64,000 bases of DNA from Balanoglossus misakiensis. Taxonomy: Eukaryota; Animalia; Hemichordata. Positions 47,409 to 58,964 of this stretch are shown in pieces (the stretch's first letter is position 1; every line of letters starts with the position of its first letter). The notes beneath the pieces are model-generated. The model did no database searches. It saw only the letters and a list, made by a program, of their open reading frames with translations, and was not told where the DNA came from. The translations under genes were made by a program, and so were the position numbers. The stretch lies in contig CM082592.2 of NCBI GenBank assembly GCA_040954595.2, forward strand, positions 7,799,677 to 7,863,676, written 5' to 3'.

Positions 47409-50400
47409 AGGAAAATGTTGAAAAATCGAGGATTTTTCGACTTTGCGAATTTTCAAAATTTGGTCATTTTTTGAAAAAACCATGGGTTATAGCTCAGGAA
47501 AATGTTGAAAAATCGAGGATTTTTCGACTTTGCGAATTTTGAAAATTTGGTCATTTTTTGAAAAAACCATGGGTTATAGCTCAGGAAAATGTTGAAAAAT
47601 CGAGGATTTTTCGACTTTGCAAATTTTTGAAAATTTGGTCATTTTTTGAAAAAACCATGGGTTATAGCTCAGGAAAATGTTGAAAAATCGAGGATTTTTC
47701 GACTTTGCGAATTTTCAAAATTTGGTCATTTTTTGAAAAAACCATGGGTTATAGCTCAGGAAAATGTTGAAAAATCCAGGATTTTTCGACTTTGCGAATT
47801 TTCAAAATTTGGTCATTTTTTGAAAAAACCATGGGTTATAGCTCAGGAAAATGTTGAAAAATCGAGGATTTTTCGACTTTGCGAATTTTCAAAATTTGGT
47901 CATTTTTTGAAAAAACCATGGGTTATAGCTCAGGAAAATGTTGAAAAATCGAGGATTTTTCGACTTTGCGAATTTTCAAAATTTGGTCATTTTTTGAAAA
48001 AACCATGGGTTATAGCTCAGGAAAATGTTGAAAAATCGAGGATTTTTCGACTTTGCGAATTTTCAAAATTTGGTCATTTTTTGAAAAAACCATGGGTTAT
48101 AGCTCAGGAAAATGTTGAAAAATCGAGGATTTTTCGACTTTGCGAATTTTCAAAATTTGGTCATTTTTTGAAAAAACCATGGGTTATAGCTCAGGAAAAT
48201 GTTGAAAAATCGAGGATTTTTCGACTTTGCGAATTTTCAAAATTTGGTCATTTTTTGAAAAAACCATGGGTTATAACTCAGGAAAATGTTGAAAAATCGA
48301 GGATTTTTCGACATTGCGAATTTTCCAAATTTGGTCATTTTTTGAAAAAACCATGGGTTATAGCTCAGGAAAATGTTGAAAAATCGAGGATTTTTCGACA
48401 TTGCGAATTTCCAAAATTTGGTCATTTTTTGAAAAAACCATGGGTTAAAGCTCAGGAAAATGTTGAAAAATCGAGGATTTTTCGACTTTGCGAATTTTCA
48501 AAATTTGGTCATTTTTTGAAAAAACCATGGGTTATAGCTCAGGAAAATGTTGAAAAATCGAGGATTTTTCGACTTTGCGAATTTTCAAAATTTGGTCATT
48601 TTTTGAAAAAACCATGGGTTATAGCTCAGGAAAATGTTGAAAAATCGAGGATTTTTCGACTTTGCGAATTTTCAAAATTTGGTCATTTTTTGAAAAAAAC
48701 ATGGGTTATAGCTCAGGAAAATGTTGAAAAATCGAGGATTTTTCGACTTTGCGAATTTTCAAAATTTGGTCATTTTTTGAAAAAAACCATGGGTTATAGC
48801 TCAGGAAAATGTTGAAAAATCGAGGATTTTTCGACTTTGCGAATTTTCAAAATTTGGTCATTTTTTGAAAAAACCATGGGTTATAGCTCAGGAAAATGTT
48901 GAAAAATCGAGGATTTTTCGACTTTGCGAATTTTCAAAATTTGGTCATTTTTTGAAAAAACCATGGGTTATAGCTCAGGAAAATGTTGAAAAATCGAGGA
49001 TTTTTCGACTTTGCGAATTTTCAAAATTTGGTCATTTTTTGAAAAAACCATGGGTTATAGCTCAGGAAAATGTTGAAAAATCGAGGATTTTTCGACTTTG
49101 CGAATTTTCAAAATTTGGTCATTTTTTGAAAAAACCATGGGTTATAGCTCAGGAAAATGTTGAAAAATCGAGGATTTTTCGACTTTGCGAATTTTCAAAA
49201 TTTGGTCATTTTTTGAAAAAACCATGGGTTATAGCTCAGGAAAATGTTGAAAAATCGAGGATTTTTCGACTTTGCGAATTTTCAAAATTTGGTCATTTTT
49301 TGAAAAAACCATGGGTTATAGCTCAGGAAAATGTTGAAAAATCGAGGATTTTTCGACTTTGCGAATTTTCAAAATTTGGTCATTTTTTGAAAAAACCATG
49401 GGTTATAGCTCAGGAAAATGTTGAAAAATCGAGGATTTTTCGACTTTGCGAATTTTCAAAATTTGGTCATTTTTTGAAAAAACCATGGGTTATAGCTCAG
49501 GAAAATGTTGAAAAATCCAGGATTTTTCGACTTTGCGAATTTTCAAAATTTGGTCATTTTTTGAAAAAACCATGGGTTATAGCTCAGGAAAATGTTGAAA
49601 AATCGAGGATTTTTCGACTTTGCGAATTTTCAAAATTTGGTCATTTTTTGAAAAAACCATGGGTTATAGCTCAGGAAAATGTTGAAAAATCGAGGATTTT
49701 TCGACTTTGCGAATTTTCAAAATTTGGTCATTTTTTGAAAAAACCATGGGTTATAGCTCAGGAAAATGTTGAAAAATCGAGGATTTTTCGACTTTGCGAA
49801 TTTTCAAAATTTGGTCATTTTTTGAAAAAACCATGGGTTATAGCTCAGGAAAATGTTGAAAAATCGAGGATTTTTCGACTTTGCGAATTTTCAAAATTTG
49901 GTCATTTTTTGAAAAAACCATGGGTTATAGCTCAGGAAAATGTTGAAAAATCGAGGATTTTTCGACTTTGCGAATTTTCAAAATTTGGTCATTTTTTGAA
50001 AAAACCATGGGTTATAGCTCAGGAAAATGTTGAAAAATCGAGGATTTTTCGACTTTGCGAATTTTCAAAATTTGGTCATTTTTTGAAAAAACCATGGGTT
50101 ATAGCTCAGGAAAATGTTGAAAAATCGAGGATTTTTCGACTTTGCGAATTTTCAAAATTTGGTCATTTTTTGAAAAAACCATGGGTTATAGCTCAGGAAA
50201 ATGTTGAAAAATCCAGGATTTTTCGACTTTGCGAATTTTCAAAATTTGGTCATTTTTTGAAAAAACCATGGGTTATAGCTCAGGAAAATGTTGAAAAATC
50301 GAGGATTTTTCGACTTTGCGAATTTTCAAAATTTGGTCATTTTTTGAAAAAACCATGGGTTATAGCTCAGGAAAATGTTGAAAAATCGAGGATTTTTCGA

Positions 50401-53400
50401 CTTTGCGAATTTTCAAAATTTGGTCATTTTTTGAAAAAACCATGGGTTATAGCTCAGGAAAATGTTGAAAAATCGAGGATTTTTCGACTTTGCGAATTTT
50501 CAAAATTTGGTCATTTTTTGATAAAACCATGGGTTATAGCTCAGGAAAATGTTGAAAAATCGAGGATTTTTCGACTTTGCGAATTTTCAAAATTTGGTCA
50601 TTTTTTGAAAAAACCATGGGTTATAGCTCAGGAAAATGTTGAAAAATCGAGGATTTTTCGACTTTGCGAATTTTCAAAATTTGGTCATTTTTTGAAAAAA
50701 CCATGGGTTATAGCTCAGGAAAATGTTGAAAAATCGAGGATTTTTCGACTTTGCGAATTTTCAAAATTTGGTCATTTTTTGAAAAAACCATGGGTTATAG
50801 CTCAGGAAAATGTTGAAAAATCGAGGATTTTTCGACTTTGCGAATTTTCAAAATTTGGTCATTTTTTGAAAAAACCATGGGTTATAACTCAGGAAAATGT
50901 TGAAAAATCGAGGATTTTTCGACATTGCGAATTTTCCAAATTTGGTCATTTTTTGAAAAAACCATGGGTTATAGCTCAGGAAAATGTTGAAAAATCGAGG
51001 ATTTTTCGACATTGCGAATTTCCAAAATTTGGTCATTTTTTGAAAAAACCATGGGTTATAGCTCAGGAAAATGTTGAAAAATCGAGGATTTTTCGACTTT
51101 GCGAATATTCAAAATTTGGTCATTTTTTGAAAAAACCATGGGTTATAGCTCAGGAAAATGTTGAAAAATCGAGGATTTTTCGACTTTGCGAATTTTCAAA
51201 ATTTGGTCATTTTTTGAAAAAACCATGGGTTATAGCTCAGGAAAATGTTGAAAAATCGAGGATTTTTCGACTTTGCGAATTTTCAAAATTTGGTCATTTT
51301 TTGAAAAAACCATGGGTTATAGCTCAGGAAAATGTTGAAAAATCGAGGATTTTTCGACTTTGCGAATTTTCAAAATTTGGTCATTTTTTGAAAAAACCAT
51401 GGGTTATAGCTCAGGAAAATGTTGAAAAATCGAGGATTTTTCGACTTTGCGAATTTTTCAAAATTTGGTCATTTTTTGAAAAAACCATGGGTTATAGCTC
51501 AGGAAAATGTTGAAAAATCGAGGATTTTTCGACTTTGCGAATTTTTCAAAATTTGGTCATTTTTTGAAAAAACCATGGGTTATAGCTCAGGAAAATGTTG
51601 AAAAATCGAGGATTTTTCGACTTTGCGAATTTTCAAAATTTGGTCATTTTTTGAAAAAACCATGGGTTATAGCTCAGGAAAATGTTGAAAAATCGAGGAT
51701 TTTTCGACTTTGGGAATTTTCAAAATTTGGTCATTTTTTGAAAAAACCATGGGTTATAGCTCAGGAAAATGTTGAAAAATCCAGGATTTTTCGACTTTGC
51801 GAATTTTCAAAATTTGGTCATTTTTTGAAAAAACCATGGGTTATAGCTCAGGAAAATGTTGAAAAATCCAGGATTTTTCGACTTTGCGAATTTTCAAAAT
51901 TTGGTCATTTTTTGAAAAAACCATGGGTTATAGCTCAGGAAAATGTTGAAAAATCGAGGATTTTTCGACTTTGCGAATTTTCAAAATTTGGTCATTTTTT
52001 GAAAAAACCATGGGTTATAGCTCAGGAAAATGTTGAAAAATCGAGGATTTTTCGACTTTGCGAATTTTCAAAATTTGGTCATTTTTTGAAAAAACCATGG
52101 GTTATAGCTCAGGAAAATGTTGAAAAATCCAGGATTTTTCGACTTTGCGAATTTTCAAAATTTGGTCATTTTTTGAAAAAACCATGGGTTATAGCTCAGG
52201 AAAATGTTGAAAAATCGAGGATTTTTCGACTTTGCGAATTTTCAAAATTTGGTCATTTTTTGAAAAAACCATGGGTTATAGCTCAGGAAAATGTTGAAAA
52301 ATCGAGGATTTTTCGACTTTGCGAATTTTCAAAATTTGGTCATTTTTTGAAAAAACCATGGGTTATAGCTCAGGAAAATGTTGAAAAATCGTGGATTTTT
52401 CGACTTTGCGAATTTTCAAAATTTGGTCATTTTTTGAAAAAACCATGGGTTATAGCTCAGGAAAATGTTGAAAAATCGAGGATTTTTCGACTTTGCGAAT
52501 TTTCAAAATTTGGTCATTTTTTGAAAAAACCATGGGTTATAGCTCAGGAAAATGTTGAAAAATCGAGGATTTTTCGACTTTGCGAATTTTCAAAATTTGG
52601 TCATTTTTTGAAAAAACCATGGGTTATAGCTCAGGAAAATGTTGAAAAATCGAGGATTTTTCGACTTTGCGAATTTTCAAAATTTGGTCATTTTTTGAAA
52701 AAACCATGGGTTATAGCTCAGGAAAATGTTGAAAAATCGAGGATTTTTCGACTTTGCGAATTTTCAAAATTTGGTCATTTTTTGAAAAAACCATGGGTTA
52801 TAGCTCAGGAAAATGTTGAAAAATCGAGGATTTTTCGACTTTGCGAATTTTCAAAATTTGGTCATTTTTTGAAAAAACCATGGGTTATAGCTCAGGAAAA
52901 TGTTGAAAAATCGAGGATTTTTCGACTTTGCGAATTTTCAAAATTTGGTCATTTTTTGAAAAAACCATGGGTTATAGCTCAGGAAAATGTTGAAAAATCG
53001 AGGATTTTTCGACTTTGCGAATTTTCAAAATTTGGTCATTTTTTGAAAAAACCATGGGTTATAGCTCAGGAAAATGTTGAAAAATCGAGGATTTTTCGAC
53101 TTTGCGAATTTTCAAAATTTGGTCATTTTTTGAAAAAACCATGGGTTATAGCTCAGGAAAATGTTGAAAAATCGAGGATTTTTCGACTTTGCGAATTTTC
53201 AAAATTTGGTCATTTTTTGAAAAAACCATGGGTTATAGCTCAGGAAAATGTTGAAAAATCGAGGATTTTTCGACTTTGGGAATTTTCAAAATTTGGTCAT
53301 TTTTTGAAAAAACCATGGGTTATAGCTCAGGAAAATGTTGAAAAATCGAGGATTTTTCGACTTTGGGAATTTTCAAAATTTGGTCATTTTTTGAAAAAAC

Positions 53401-56400
53401 CATGGGTTATAGCTCAGGAAAATGTTGAAAAATCGAGGATTTTTCGACTTTGGGAATTTTCAAAATTTGGTCATTTTTTGAAAAAACCATGGGTTATAGC
53501 TCAGGAAAATGTTGAAAAATCGAGGATTTTTCGACTTTGGGAATTTTCAAAATTTGGTCATTTTTTGAAAAAACCATGGGTTATAGCTCAGGAAAATGTT
53601 GAAAAATCGAGGATTTTTCGACTTTGGGAATTTTCAAAATTTGGTCATTTTTTGAAAAAACCATGGGTTATAGCTCAGGAAAATGTTGAAAAATCGAGGA
53701 TTTTTCGACTTTGCGAATTTTCAAAATTTGGTCATTTTTTGAAAAAACCATGGGTTATAGCTCAGGAAAATGTTGAAAAATCGAGGATTTTTCGACTTTG
53801 CGAATTTTCAAAATTTGGTCATTTTTTGAAAAAACCATGGGTTATAGCTCAGGAAAATGTTGAAAAATCGAGGATTTTTCGACTTTGCGAATTTTCAAAA
53901 TTTGGTCATTTTTTGAAAAAACCATGGGTTATAGCTCAGGAAAATGTTGAAAAATCGAGGATTTTTCGACTTTGCGAATTTTCAAAATTTGGTCATTTTT
54001 TGAAAAAAACATGGGTTATAGCTCAGGAAAATGTTGAAAAATCGAGGATTTTCGACTTTGCGAATTTTCAAAATTTGGTCATTTTTTGAAAAAACCATGG
54101 GTTATAGCTCAGGAAAATGTTGAAAAATCGAGGATTTTTCGACTTTGCGAATTTTCAAAATTTGGTCATTTTTTGAAAAAACCATGGGTTATAGCTCAGG
54201 AAAATGTTGAAAAATCGAGGATTTTTCGACTTTGCAAATTTTTGAAAATTTGGTCATTTTTTGAAAAAACCATGGGTTATAGCTCAGGAAAATGTTGAAA
54301 AATCGAGGATTTTTCGACTTTGCGAATTTTCAAAATTTGGTCATTTTTTGAAAAAACCATGGGTTATAGCTCAGGAAAATGTTGAAAAATCGAGGATTTT
54401 TCGACTTTGCGAATTTTCAAAATTTGGTCATTTTTTGAAAAAACCATGGGTTATAGCTCAGGAAAATGTTGAAAAATCGAGGATTTTTCGACTTTGCGAA
54501 TTTTCAAAATTTGGTCATTTTTTGAAAAAACCATGGGTTATAGCTCAGGAAAATGTTGAAAAATCGAGGATTTTTCGACTTTGCGAATTTTCAAAATTTG
54601 GTCATTTTTTGAAAAAACCATGGGTTATAGCTCAGGAAAATGTTGAAAAATCGAGGATTTTTCGACTTTGCGAATTTTCAAAATTTGGTCATTTTTTGAA
54701 AAAACCATGGGTTATAGCTCAGGAAAATGTTGAAAAATCGAGGATTTTTCGACTTTGCGAATTTTCAAAATTTGGTCATTTTTTGAAAAAACCATGGGTT
54801 ATAGCTCAGGAAAATGTTGAAAAATCGAGGATTTTTCGACTTTGCGAATTTTCAAAATTTGGTCATTTTTTGAAAAAACCATGGGTTATAGCTCAGGAAA
54901 ATGTTGAAAAATCGAGGATTTTTCGACTTTGCGAATTTTCAAAATTTGGTCATTTTTTGAAAAAACCATGGGTTATAGCTCAGGAAAATGTTGAAAAATC
55001 GAGGATTTTTCGACTTTGCGAATTTTCAAAATTTGGTCATTTTTTGAAAAAACCATGGGTTATAGCTCAGGAAAATGTTGAAAAATCGAGGATTTTTCGA
55101 CTTTGCGAATTTTCAAAATTTGGTCATTTTTTGAAAAAACCATGGGTTATAGCTCAGGAAAATGTTGAAAAATCGAGGATTTTTCGACTTTGCGAATTTT
55201 CAAAATTTGGTCATTTTTTGAAAAAAACATGGTTTATAGCTCAGGAAAATGTTGAAAAATCGAGGATTTTCGACTTTGCGAATTTTCAAAATTTGGTCAT
55301 TTTTTGAAAAAACCATGGGTTATAGCTCAGGAAAATGTTGAAAAATCGAGGATTTTTCGACTTTGCGAATTTTCAAAATTTGGTCATTTTTTGAAAAAAC
55401 CATGGGTTATAGCTCAGGAAAATGTTGAAAAATCGAGGATTTTTCGACTTTGCGAATTTTTGAAAATTTGGTCATTTTTTGAAAAAACCATGGGTTATAG
55501 CTCAGGAAAATGTTGAAAAATCGAGGATTTTTCGACTTTGCGAATTTTCAAAATTTGGTCATTTTTTGAAAAAACCATGGGTTATAGCTCAGGAAAATGT
55601 TGAAAAATCGAGGATTTTTCGACTTTGCGAATTTTCAAAATTTGGTCATTTTTTGAAAAAACCATGGGTTATAGCTCAGGAAAATGTTGAAAAATCGAGG
55701 ATTTTTCGACTTTGCGAATTTTCAAAATTTGGTCATTTTTTGAAAAAACCATGGGTTATAGCTCAGGAAAATGTTGAAAAATCGAGGATTTTTCGACTTT
55801 GCGAATTTTCAAAATTTGGTCATTTTTTGAAAAAACCATGGGTTATAGCTCAGGAAAATGTTGAAAAATCGAGGATTTTTCGACTTTGCGAATTTTCAAA
55901 ATTTGGTCATTTTTTGAAAAAACCATGGGTTATAGCTCAGGAAAATGTTGAAAAATCGAGGATTTTTCGACTTTGCGAATTTTCAAAATTTGGTCATTTT
56001 TTGAAAAAACCATGGGTTATAGCTCAGGAAAATGTTGAAAAATCGAGGATTTTTCGACTTTGCGAATTTTCAAAATTTGGTCATTTTTTGAAAAAACCAT
56101 GGGTTATAGCTCAGGAAAATGTTGAAAAATCGAGGATTTTTCGACTTTGCGAATTTTCAAAATTTGGTCATTTTTTGAAAAAACCATGGGTTATAGCTCA
56201 GGAAAATGTTGAAAAATCGAGGATTTTTCGACTTTGCGAATTTTCAAAATTTGGTCATTTTTTGAAAAAACCATGGGTTATAGCTCAGGAAAATGTTGAA
56301 AAATCGAGGATTTTTCGACTTTGCGAATTTTCAAAATTTGGTCATTTTTTGAAAAAAACATGGGTTATAGCTCAGGAAAATGTTGAAAAATCGAGGATTT

Positions 56401-57621
56401 TCGACTTTGCGAATTTTCAAAATTTGGTCATTTTTTGAAAAAACCATGGGTTATAGCTCAGGAAAATGTTGAAAAATCGAGGATTTTTCGACTTTGCGAA
56501 TTTTCAAAATTTGGTCATTTTTTGAAAAAACCATGGGTTATAGCTCAGGAAAATGTTGAAAAATCGAGGATTTTTCGACTTTGCGAATTTTTGAAAATTT
56601 GGTCATTTTTTGAAAAAACCATGGGTTATAGCTCAGGAAAATGTTGAAAAATCGAGGATTTTTCGACTTTGCGAATTTTCAAAATTTGGTCATTTTTTGA
56701 AAAAACCATGGGTTATAGCTCAGGAAAATGTTGAAAAATCGAGGATTTTTCGACTTTGCGAATTTTCAAAATTTGGTCATTTTTTGAAAAAACCATGGGT
56801 TATAGCTCAGGAAAATGTTGAAAAATCGAGGATTTTTCGACTTTGCGAATTTTCAAAATTTGGTCATTTTTTGAAAAAACCATGGGTTATAGCTCAGGAA
56901 AATGTTGAAAAATCGAGGATTTTTCGACTTTGCGAATTTTCAAAATTTGGTCATTTTTTGAAAAAACCATGGGTTATAGCTCAGGAAAATGTTGAAAAAT
57001 CGAGGATTTTTCGACTTTGCGAATTTTCAAAATTTGGTCATTTTTTGAAAAAACCATGGGTTATAGCTCAGGAAAATGTTGAAAAATCGAGGATTTTTCG
57101 ACTTTGCGAATTTTCAAAATTTGGTCATTTTTTGAAAAAAACATGGGTTATAGCTCAGGAAAATGTTGAAAAATCGAGGATTTTTCGACTTTGCGAATTT
57201 TCAAAATTTGGTCATTTTTTGAAAAAACCATGGGTTATAGCTCAGGAAAATGTTGAAAAATCGAGGATTTTTCGACTTTGCGAATTTTCAAAATTTGGTC
57301 ATTTTTTGAAAAAACCATGGGTTATAGCTCAGGAAAATGTTGAAAAATCGAGGATTTTTCGACTTTGCGAATTTTCAAAATTTGGTCATTTTTTGAAAAA
57401 ACCATGGGTTATAGCTCAGGAAAATGTTGAAAAATCGAGGATTTTTCGACTTTGCGAATTTTCAAAATTTGGTCATTTTTTGAAAAAACCATGGGTTATA
57501 GCTCAGGAAAATGTTGAAAAATCGAGGATTTTTCGACTTTGCGAATTTTCAAAATTTGGTCATTTTTTGAAAAAACCATGGGTTATAGCTCAGGAAAATG
57601 TTGAAAAATCGAGGATTTTTC
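47409..57621 (+). repeat. 87-bp satellite, A-type, ~117 tandem copies, plus orientation
   Basis: reverse complement of the previous unit (aggaaaatgttgaaaaatcgaggatttttcgactttgcg...) repeated head to tail. Confidence 0.98.
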
Positions 57622-58405
57622 AAAAATTGGCCAAATTTTGAAATTCCGCAAGGTCGAAAAATTGTCATTTTCTGACGATTTTCATGAGTTATAACCCATG
57701 ATTTTTTCAAAAATCGGCCAAATTTTGAAATTCCGCAAGGTCGAAAAATTGTCATTTTCTGACGATTTTCATGAGCTATAACCCATGATTTTTTCAAAAA
57801 TCGGCCAAATTTTGAAATTCCGCAAGGTCGAAAAATTGTCATTTTCTGACGATTTTCATGAGCTATAACCCATGATTTTTTCAAAAATCGGCCAAATTTT
57901 GAAATTCCGCAAGGTCGAAAAATTGTCATTTTCTGACGATTTTCATGAGCTATAACCCACGATTTTTTCAAAAATCGGCCAAATTTTGAAATTCCGCAAA
58001 GTCGAAAAATTGTCATTTTCTGACGATTTTCATGAGCTATAACCCATGATTTTTTCAAAAAATGAGGAAATTTTGATCTTTAGGAAAGTTGAAAAATTGT
58101 CATTGTGTAATGATTTTCATGAGCTATATCCCATGATTTTTATCAAAAAAATTAAGAAATTTTGATCTTTTGGAAAGTCGAAAAATTGTCATTTTTTCAT
58201 GATTTTCATGAGCTATAACCCATGATTTTTTTCAACAAATGAAGAAATTTTGAAGATTCGCAAAGTCGAAAAATCGGCATTTTTCGATGATTTTCATGAG
58301 CTATAACCCATGATTTTTTTTTTCTTCAAAAAATGATGAAATTTTTAAGATTCGCAAACTCAGAAAATTATCACTTTCTGATACCTTTTATGAGCTATAA
58401 CCCAT
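57616..58405 (-). repeat. 87-bp satellite, divergent B-type monomers (~9 copies, decaying outward), right outer arm
   Basis: aaaaatcggccaaattttgaaattccgcaaggtcgaaaaattgtcattttctgacgattttcatgagctataacccatg; about 16/87 differences from A-type by hand alignment. Confidence 0.92.
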
Positions 58406-58663
58406 CTAAAATCGAGAGTTCATCGTTTTTTTCCTGGTAACATATATGTGCATGCATACGTATTGAGTGACTCGTCATAGAAACGACTTTCAGATCACAA
58501 CTTTAACGTAACATTGGCGGATTAACACCTTGATTTGTTTGTTACCCAAGCTGATGAGTAAAAAATCGTGTTTCCATTGAGAAAACTGAATGCAGCCAAC
58601 CCGTCATGGGATGTATGCAAGAATAGACAACTGTACACGGGTTAACAAACTGAGAGAATGTGG

Positions 58664-58669
58664 TTTATT
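58664..58669 (-). promoter_or_regulatory. candidate distal poly(A) signal of the syntaxin-like gene (~3.5 kb 3' UTR)
   Basis: AATAAA on - strand at the end of a long minus-strand T-rich, ORF-poor region, ~260 bp before the satellite. Confidence 0.4.
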
Positions 58670-58850
58670 GAAGTAATTCATTGATGTACATTGGATGGGA
58701 CTAACAGCAATGAGACACAGTTCATAGGCAAGTTCAAGTCAATAGCTGACAAACTACATTAAATTACAACTATATACATCCGTCTTGTTGTGTTAAGAAT
58801 TTATGAAGGATCAGGGGAAAATTGAACAGAGAGCAAAAAGTACAAATTAA

Positions 58851-58964
58851 AGGCCATTTTCTCGATCCCAGGGCAGAACAATGAAGGTAAATAAGAAATC
58901 CTTTGTGTTAGCACGTACCTGTTTATTGCAAGCACAAGATTTGATCCACTGTTGAGAACGGCCT
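58851..58964. mobile_element. TTAA-flanked MITE-like element (Kolobok-type ends)
   Basis: TTAA|AGGCCattttctc...gagaacGGCCT|TTAA. Confidence 0.5.

Noticed and set aside
33750-57621. CRISPR array
   Set aside because: No unique spacers, no cas genes, and a eukaryotic spliced-gene context.
33701-58058. Very long ORFs (up to 882 aa) of KKPWVIAQENVEKSR... repeats as protein-coding genes
   Set aside because: They follow from an 87-bp (3n) satellite unit; near-identical DNA copies, TTG starts, many frameshifts and both orientations.
33500-58420. Target-site duplication flanking the fold-back array
   Set aside because: Flanks (gagtaagat / ctaaaatcgag) share no direct repeat, so a transposon origin is unproven.
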